DNA of 64,000 nucleotides from Candidatus Limimorpha sp. (GTDB lineage Bacteria; Bacteroidota; Bacteroidia; Bacteroidales; F082): NCBI GenBank assembly GCA_045132275.1, contig JBGURY010000004.1, positions 121,892 to 185,891 of the forward strand, read 5' to 3'. Shown piece by piece: positions 58,032 to 64,000 of this stretch (position 1 is its first letter; each line of letters starts with the position of its first letter). The notes under the pieces were generated by a model. It saw only the letters and a program-made list of their open reading frames with translations, ran no database searches and was not told where the DNA came from. The position numbers and the translations under genes were made by a program.

Positions 58032-59252
58032 ATGAAAGCAGATAACAAAAGGAAAATCCTATTATTAGGAGGCTCTGCGGCTCAATTGATCGCTATCGAA
58101 ACCGCTAAGCGTTTGGGTTATTATACCGTTTTGTGTGATTATTTGCCAGATAACCCTGGTCAGTTTATTGCCGATTCGTTCTATCTAGTTAGTACAACAG
58201 ACAAGGATGCCGTTCTTTCGGTTGCTAAGGAAGAAAAAATACAGGGTATTGTTGCATATAGTTCAGATCCTGCTGCACCGACAGCAGCATATGTTGCTAA
58301 TGCTTTAAATCTTCCAGGAATGGATTATGACATAGTACGTCATTTTTGTGAGAAGCAATTGTTTAGAGAGTTTCTTGTTGAAAATGGTTTTAATGTCCCC
58401 AAATCCATTGAAGTAAAAGTTCCTTTTGCCCCATGCTCAATAGATGTATCTAGCCTTAATTTCCCGTTAATAGTAAAGCCAACTGATTCGTCTGGAAGTA
58501 AAGGTGTTACTGTGATTGAAAAGGAGGAAGAATTAAAAGAGGCTTTAGTTTATGCACAAAAGTATTCCCGTAATGGAGTTTTAATTGTTGAGGAATTCAT
58601 ACTGCGAGACCATCCTTTTGTTATTGAAGCTGAAATATTTGCAATCGGTGGTCAGGTTGTTACTTGGGGCCTAATCAATAGTATTAGAGATGCCGCATCA
58701 AATCCGTTATTGCCAGCAGCTTATAGCTATCCATTAGAGATTTCGAATGAACGGAAAGAATTGGTAAAAAAAGAAGTTTCTCGCCTTGTAAAGGCAACCG
58801 GAAAAACATCTGGTGCTTTTAATATTGAGATGATTATTGATGAGCATAACCACTTGTATTTTTTGGATGCGGGTCCCCGTAATGGTGGTAACATGCTTCC
58901 TGAGTTTATTTCGATGATTGCACGAAAAGATATTGTAGAAGCCACAATTAAGACCGCTATGGGAGACAATAGAGATATCGATGTGACTCTGGATGGTGAA
59001 GAGGGCGGCTATTGGGGGTTGGGCGTTTTGCATACATCCCAAAGTGGAGTATTTGATGGAGTAGAGTATTCGCCTTTAGCAAAGCAAGCTCTTGTTAGGG
59101 AAGAAGTCCAAAAGCAAAAAGGTGAGGTGGTACAGCCATTTGAGCGATGCAACGATTTGGTTGGCTTGAATTTCCTTCATTTCAACACGCAAAAGGATAT
59201 GGATGATGTTATGTGCAACACTAATGATACCATGAAGGTTTTGTTAAAATGA
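58032..59252 (+). CDS. ATP-grasp domain ligase (paralogue 1)
   Basis: KRKILLLGG pre-ATP-grasp Rossmann segment, FPLIVKPTDSSGSKGVT, then EEF...E.IA. and FNIEMI...FLDAGPRNGG. Confidence 0.7.
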   Translation: MKADNKRKILLLGGSAAQLIAIETAKRLGYYTVLCDYLPDNPGQFIADSFYLVSTTDKDAVLSVAKEEKIQGIVAYSSDPAAPTAAYVANALNLPGMDYDIVRHFCEKQLFREFLVENGFNVPKSIEVKVPFAPCSIDVSSLNFPLIVKPTDSSGSKGVTVIEKEEELKEALVYAQKYSRNGVLIVEEFILRDHPFVIEAEIFAIGGQVVTWGLINSIRDAASNPLLPAAYSYPLEISNERKELVKKEVSRLVKATGKTSGAFNIEMIIDEHNHLYFLDAGPRNGGNMLPEFISMIARKDIVEATIKTAMGDNRDIDVTLDGEEGGYWGLGVLHTSQSGVFDGVEYSPLAKQALVREEVQKQKGEVVQPFERCNDLVGLNFLHFNTQKDMDDVMCNTNDTMKVLLK

Positions 59253-60202
59253 AGGCAATAGGAGGATATTTCGAGTTGGAACTACGAGAGGGTGGGCATT
59301 ACCATAAGGAGGCCATCCGACTGAATACGGCACGTAATTGTTTCGAGTATGTGTTGCGTACAAGAAGCTATTCCAAGGTGTTTATTCCTTACTATACATG
59401 TGAGGTCATGTTGGAACCGATACAAAAGCTTGGCGTTAATTATGAGTATTATCATATCAACAAAATGCTATATCCAGTATTGTTGCCAAAACTACAAAAA
59501 GATGAGGCCTTTCTGTATACAAATTATTTTGGTTTGAAACAAGATTGCGTGAAAAGATTGGCGTTGGAATATGGTGAACAATTGATCGTGGACAATGCAC
59601 AAGCCTTTTATGCTGAACCATTAGAAGGAATTGATACGTTTTATTCTGCGAGAAAGTTTTTTGGCGTGTCGGACGGCGCTTATCTTTATACGGACAAGCC
59701 TTTGCAACAAGAGTTTGAACAGGATTGCTCTTATGAAAGGATGTCGCATCTTTTAAAAAGGATTGATTTGGGCGCCGAGGCAGGATATCTGGATTTTAGA
59801 AGAAATGATGATTCGCTTTGCAATCAAGAAATCAAGAAAATGTCGAAATTGACAGAAACGGTTTTGGTCGGAATTGATTATGAAGATGCAAAAAACAAAA
59901 GAAGGGAGAATTACCAATTGTTAGATGATGCATTAAGAGATACAAATCGAATACATTTGGAAATGGATTGTGTGCCTATGGTTTACCCGTATCTGACGGA
60001 TGATGGTTCACTGAAGCAACGATTGATTGAAAACAAAGTGTTTGTGGCCACTTATTGGCCGAATGTAAAGGGTTGGACTACAAATGAAATGTTGGAAAGA
60101 GAGCTGATGAATAATTTGATTCCTATTCCTTGCGACCAAAGATATGGCAAAACGGAGGTTAAACGCATAATAGATACAATAAAGAATGTATCAAGAACTT
60201 AA
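59249..60202 (+). CDS. Short DegT-fold-like (PLP-enzyme-like) protein of unknown function
   Basis: VDNAQAF...YSARKFFGVSDGAYLY aligns by eye to DAAHAFG...SFHATKVYNTLEGGALV of the neighbouring aminotransferase. It is only 317 aa and overlaps both neighbours. Confidence 0.4.
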   Translation: MKAIGGYFELELREGGHYHKEAIRLNTARNCFEYVLRTRSYSKVFIPYYTCEVMLEPIQKLGVNYEYYHINKMLYPVLLPKLQKDEAFLYTNYFGLKQDCVKRLALEYGEQLIVDNAQAFYAEPLEGIDTFYSARKFFGVSDGAYLYTDKPLQQEFEQDCSYERMSHLLKRIDLGAEAGYLDFRRNDDSLCNQEIKKMSKLTETVLVGIDYEDAKNKRRENYQLLDDALRDTNRIHLEMDCVPMVYPYLTDDGSLKQRLIENKVFVATYWPNVKGWTTNEMLERELMNNLIPIPCDQRYGKTEVKRIIDTIKNVSRT

Positions 60203-61466
60203 AGGGAAGCGATTGCTCATATTGGGCGGGATGCGTATCTCTTGCGAGATTGTAAAAAAAGCACAAGAGATGGGTGTCTATACCCTTGTGGCTGACTATA
60301 ACAGAATAGAGGACTCGCCCGGAAAGCAGATGGCGGACGAGGCAGTGGATCTTAGTGTGGTTGACGTGGAAACAGTGGTGGCGTATGTTAAGAGCCATGC
60401 TATAGATGGTGTGTTTGTGGGCTTCAACGACATGTTATTGCCTTACTATGCAGAAATATGTGAAAAAAGCGGCATGCCATGCTATGGCAATAAAGAACTG
60501 TTCGAAACACTAATAGCTAAGGATAAGTATAAAGACCTGTGTCGCCAGTTTGGAGTGCCAACCATTCCAGAATACGACCTCAATGATAATAACATCAAAT
60601 ATCCTGTATTAGTTAAGCCTGTGGATAATAGCGGCTCGCGTGGCATCACCATTTGCCATAATCGACAGGAGTTAGAGACTGCTGTAGGTGTGGGGATAAA
60701 GGCTTCTAAAACTGGCAAGGTTTTGATAGAGAGGTACATGAATGGCCGTGAAGTGACAGTGTTCTGGACGTTTCAAAATGGCAATTATTACCTGTCTGCT
60801 CTTGCCAATAGACATGTGAAGCAAAATCAAGGGTTGGATGTTATTCCATTGCCAGTGGGCTACACCTTTCCTTCGGTGTATTTGTCTAAATACCAACGCG
60901 AGGTTGAGGAAAAGTGCAAGAAGATGTTCCGCCATTTGGGAATTAAGGACGGCATGATGTTTATGCAGTGTAAGGTGGAGGATGACACCTGCTATGTCTA
61001 TGACCTGGGCTTCCGTCCTACTGGTTCATTGGAGTATAAGATACTAAGTCGTGTTTGCGGCTATGATCCGTTGAAAATGATGATCTACCATTCCCTAACG
61101 GGTGTTATGGGCGATGAAGATATTGCATCAAAAGTGAATCCTGCATTTACGTATCCCGCTTTCAACGTGTCGTGTCTTTGCGCTCCAGGAATTATCAAGG
61201 AGATTATTGGTGTTGATGATGTGAGACAAATGCCTGAGGTTTTAGATGTTGTGATCGAACATTTTCCTGGAGAAATTATCACCGAACAGATGAGGGGCCT
61301 TTTGGCGCAAATTACAGTTCGCGTGTTGGGTTTCGTGCCTAATAAAAGAGATTTGATGCCTATTATTCAACATATAGTCAACTCTATCCATATAATTGGT
61401 GAGAATGGAGAAGATCTAATGTTGCCAGGCATGGTTTATAGTGATATAGAAGGGTGTGTAAAATAA
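60186..61466 (+). CDS. ATP-grasp domain ligase (paralogue 2)
   Basis: Motifs GKRLLILGG, YPVLVKPVDNSGSRGIT and ERYM.GREV, followed by a diverged C-terminal domain. Confidence 0.7.
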   Translation: MYQELKGKRLLILGGMRISCEIVKKAQEMGVYTLVADYNRIEDSPGKQMADEAVDLSVVDVETVVAYVKSHAIDGVFVGFNDMLLPYYAEICEKSGMPCYGNKELFETLIAKDKYKDLCRQFGVPTIPEYDLNDNNIKYPVLVKPVDNSGSRGITICHNRQELETAVGVGIKASKTGKVLIERYMNGREVTVFWTFQNGNYYLSALANRHVKQNQGLDVIPLPVGYTFPSVYLSKYQREVEEKCKKMFRHLGIKDGMMFMQCKVEDDTCYVYDLGFRPTGSLEYKILSRVCGYDPLKMMIYHSLTGVMGDEDIASKVNPAFTYPAFNVSCLCAPGIIKEIIGVDDVRQMPEVLDVVIEHFPGEIITEQMRGLLAQITVRVLGFVPNKRDLMPIIQHIVNSIHIIGENGEDLMLPGMVYSDIEGCVK

Positions 61467-61479
61467 ATCCATCACAATT

Positions 61480-62355
61480 ATGAAGACAATACTTGTTACT
61501 GGAGCTACTGGCTTTCTAGGGCAGTCCGTTATTTATGAATTGCTCAAAAATGAGGATTATCAAATTGTTGCAATTGGGGGAAGGCCAGAGGATAAGGTTA
61601 ACCCTCTTCCCAAAAATGAGCGGGTAAAGTTCTATATTTTAGAGGATTTGTTTTCGCAATGTTTTCATGATGTCGATACGGTGATTAATTGTGCGTTTGC
61701 TCGTAGCAACGATGCGGGGTTATTGGCTCAGGCGTTAGAGTTCACCGAAAGGCTTATTAATCGATTGGAAGAGCTCAAGGTGAAGTCGGTGATTAATCTT
61801 TCTTCTCAAGGTGTGTATGAACGGTTGCCAATAGGAGAATTGTCAAAGGAAGAATCTCCAATAGCACCAATGGATTTATATAGTATGGCAAAATATGCAA
61901 CGGAAAAAATGTTTGCTTTGTCTACTGTTTCATTTGTAACGAATGTTCGTTTGGCAAGCCTTATGATGCCTCAACGTTTTTTGTATTTCTTTGTCCAGAA
62001 AGCTAAAAGACACGAGATGTTTACTGTAACCTCGCCTAGACAAGGAACCGCATTGTTAGATGTTTCTGATGCGGCGGCTGGATTGGCTGCTATCGTATCA
62101 TTGCCGCCTGAATCAAGATCAAAAGTATACAATTTGGGTATTGGAAAACAGTATTCTGTCCTTGAATATGCGAATGATGTCAAAGCTATTGGTGGTGAAC
62201 TTGGTTTTAATGTGGATTTTGATGTGGTTGACAATGGCTCGGGTTCGAATTCGGGAATGGATTGTTCCCTCATTATGAGCGAAACGGGTTGGAAACCTAG
62301 AGTAATGAAAGAAGCCATGATTAAGCACTTGTTTTCTGAAGGTGATAATTTATGA
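61480..62355 (+). CDS. NAD-dependent epimerase/dehydratase family (extended SDR) protein
   Basis: Motifs VTGATGFLG and YSMAK (YxxxK). Confidence 0.75.
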   Translation: MKTILVTGATGFLGQSVIYELLKNEDYQIVAIGGRPEDKVNPLPKNERVKFYILEDLFSQCFHDVDTVINCAFARSNDAGLLAQALEFTERLINRLEELKVKSVINLSSQGVYERLPIGELSKEESPIAPMDLYSMAKYATEKMFALSTVSFVTNVRLASLMMPQRFLYFFVQKAKRHEMFTVTSPRQGTALLDVSDAAAGLAAIVSLPPESRSKVYNLGIGKQYSVLEYANDVKAIGGELGFNVDFDVVDNGSGSNSGMDCSLIMSETGWKPRVMKEAMIKHLFSEGDNL

Positions 62356-62384
62356 GCTGAGTTGAAATCGGAATATCGTGTCCA

Positions 62385-63548
62385 ATGAAAGATGGGAAAA
62401 GAGTTATATTGCATGTCACTTTTGATGGTGTGTTTTTTGATATCCTTTCGGCAGAGTTTGAAAGGTTGAAAGGGTATTCAAATATCTACCTTGTATTACG
62501 TAATCCAGAGTGTAATAATGGATTTAAGTGTATCAGTAATCAGGAATTGATAACTGTCGTACATGATGAAAAGGAAATGGATTTTTACTTTTCAAATCCG
62601 GATATTGATATTGTTTTCTTTCATGGCTTGTGGCCATGGTTTTATAAGTATTTTAGTCTTATTAGGGATGATGTTATTACAATTTGGTTTTGTTATGGGC
62701 AGGAGTTGTATGAAGCCGTTCCTGGTTACCCCTGTTTGATAAGACAAAAACTATTTAAACCCCGTTCTTTTTGGTTTTATTATAAAGATTATATTAAAAG
62801 ATTTCATTTTATCAGAGCGATAATAGGATATGTATTGCCTTTTTATGATTTATTGAGAGGGAATACCGATCGAAGGCATTTGATTTCGAGGATGAATTAT
62901 ATTCAGACGCCATTGAGAATCGAATATGAGATGCTAAATAAACTTTCATATTTTAAAGCAAAGCCGTTTAAAATGGAAGGCAGGGGTGTTGAACCTGAAG
63001 AACGGCGAATTGTTTTTCACGATAAAGGTGGTGGTATACTCATTAATCATAGTGCCGCGTTTACCAATAATGTTTTAGATGTTATGAAAGTATTGTCTCG
63101 TAATAATATTAGCGGTAGGGAATTGCTGTTCCCGATAGTCTATGGTTATGAGGAGGTGAAAGAAAAGGTAAAACAATACGAGGGTTTTAATGGAAATAGA
63201 ACGGTCTTTATAGAGAATAAACTTCCCCTTCATGAATATGAAAAGCTGATGGCATCATGCACGCATGCGATTTATGGTACATTGAGGCAACAAGCATTGG
63301 GCAACATTTTCAACTGTTTTAGAACCGGTGTAAAGGTTTTCTTATACAAAGATAGTATGAATTATCGTCAGCTTAAGCAAGATGGTTTTGCGGTGTTTTC
63401 AATAGAAGACATTAACGAAAGAGAGCTCTCGGTTCCACTTACAAAAGAAGAAGCCATTCACAATAATAGGCTTTATTATTCTAAATACGGGATTCATTCT
63501 GATTATCTTGAAAAACAATTGGATTTATTGTTTGTTCATAGAAACTAA
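62385..63548 (+). CDS. WecF-like glycosyltransferase family 56 (4-acylamido-4,6-dideoxyhexosyl transferase-like)
   Basis: FFHGLW...W.CYG.ELYE parallels E. coli WecF FFHGQF...WHIWGADLYE as I recall it. The C-terminal half also parallels WecF (INHSA...YG.LRQQALGNI...G.KVFL). Confidence 0.6.
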   Translation: MKDGKRVILHVTFDGVFFDILSAEFERLKGYSNIYLVLRNPECNNGFKCISNQELITVVHDEKEMDFYFSNPDIDIVFFHGLWPWFYKYFSLIRDDVITIWFCYGQELYEAVPGYPCLIRQKLFKPRSFWFYYKDYIKRFHFIRAIIGYVLPFYDLLRGNTDRRHLISRMNYIQTPLRIEYEMLNKLSYFKAKPFKMEGRGVEPEERRIVFHDKGGGILINHSAAFTNNVLDVMKVLSRNNISGRELLFPIVYGYEEVKEKVKQYEGFNGNRTVFIENKLPLHEYEKLMASCTHAIYGTLRQQALGNIFNCFRTGVKVFLYKDSMNYRQLKQDGFAVFSIEDINERELSVPLTKEEAIHNNRLYYSKYGIHSDYLEKQLDLLFVHRN

Positions 63549-63583
63549 TTGATGATCTAGGGTAAAAGCTTTTCTTTTGTGCC

Positions 63584-64000
63584 ATGTTTGATTTGAACTC
63601 TTTTATTGCAAATAGTATTACATTTCGAGCGACTAGTTTGTTTGAACAGGACATTTGTGACAATAACGATATTCTCTCTCATGAAATTGAGGGCAAGTCT
63701 ATATGCGTTATTGGTGGCGCGGGCAGTATTGGTTCATCATTTATCAAGTCTGTGTTACGGTTTCGGCCCGGAAAGTTGGTTGTCATTGATCTGAATGAAA
63801 ACGGCTTGGTCGAATTAACCCGTGATCTTCGCTCTACACATGGTCTGAATGTGCCTGAGGAATATCGTGCTTATACGTTGAATTTTGCAGACCCAATCTT
63901 TGCTCGTATTTTCCGTGAAGAGAATGGCTTCGACATCGTGGCCAACTTTTCAGCCCATAAACATGTTCGCAGTGAGAAAGACAAGTACTCTGTTCAAGCA
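63584..64000 (+). CDS. CapD/WbpM/PglF-like NDP-sugar 4,6-dehydratase/epimerase, N-terminal 139 aa; continues past the window
   Basis: The frame from ATG 63584 stays open to nt 64000 by manual translation. It is not in the ORF track because there is no stop in the window. Motifs GKSICVIGGAGSIGSSF and FSAHKHVRSEKD. Confidence 0.7.
   Translation, partial: MFDLNSFIANSITFRATSLFEQDICDNNDILSHEIEGKSICVIGGAGSIGSSFIKSVLRFRPGKLVVIDLNENGLVELTRDLRSTHGLNVPEEYRAYTLNFADPIFARIFREENGFDIVANFSAHKHVRSEKDKYSVQA

Larger units (their letters stand above)
57750..63600. other. AT-rich segment of the polysaccharide locus (compositional island)
   Basis: Hand counts of 60-nt lines give 24/60 G+C at 58081 and 20/60 at 62581, against 34/60 at 20401. 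The boundaries are approximate. Confidence 0.55.

Noticed and set aside
1..64000. Scan for defence systems, prophage or ICE genes, toxin-antitoxin pairs, CRISPR-Cas, rRNA and large ncRNAs
   Set aside because: I recognised none. All intergenic gaps are 217 nt or shorter and are accounted for by promoters, terminators and short repeats.

Overview
The window is a densely coding chromosomal segment that looks like Bacteroidota (Bacteroidales/Prevotellaceae-like). The evidence for that placement: TAnnTTTG -7 promoter boxes in front of most transcription units, no Shine-Dalgarno signals, three proteins with T9SS C-terminal sorting domains, and porT, porX and a DUF4835 gene. I call about 62 CDS and one tRNA-Glu. 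I see no rRNA, CRISPR array, transposase, integrase or recognisable defence system.

Positions 1-52.8 kb are core genome:
- Lipid A and envelope genes: lpxH, lpxK, lpxD, lpxC, lpxA, a PagL-like deacylase, a GT9 glycosyltransferase and bamD.
- Ribosomal proteins S6, S18, L9 and S20.
- tRNA-modification enzymes: mtaB, a miaB-like gene, tsaE and a TrmH-family gene.
- recN, radC, dapA, aroB and aroA.
- Secreted peptidases and adhesin-like T9SS cargo.

Positions 52.9-64 kb are a polysaccharide biosynthesis locus, and its distal part (about 57.8-63.6 kb) is visibly AT-rich. The most unusual content is in that AT-rich part. Two diverged ATP-grasp ligases are interleaved with PLP-fold proteins, an SDR and a WecF-like GT56, and the cassette has no N-acetyltransferase. 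I infer a non-canonical N-acylated amino-sugar pathway.

Other items worth a second look:
- A tri-block low-complexity lipoprotein (Tyr/Trp block, His block, Ser/Arg/Gly tail) next to a FadL/PorV-like barrel.
- A recently duplicated ~210-aa module inside a T9SS cargo gene.
- Several families of intergenic hairpin and heptamer repeats, including an inverted pair that brackets a three-gene module.
- A 21-bp perfect inverted-repeat element after porX.
- lpxC without the usual fabZ fusion.
- Several apparently leaderless transcripts.

All functional calls come from reading motifs by eye. No database search was run.
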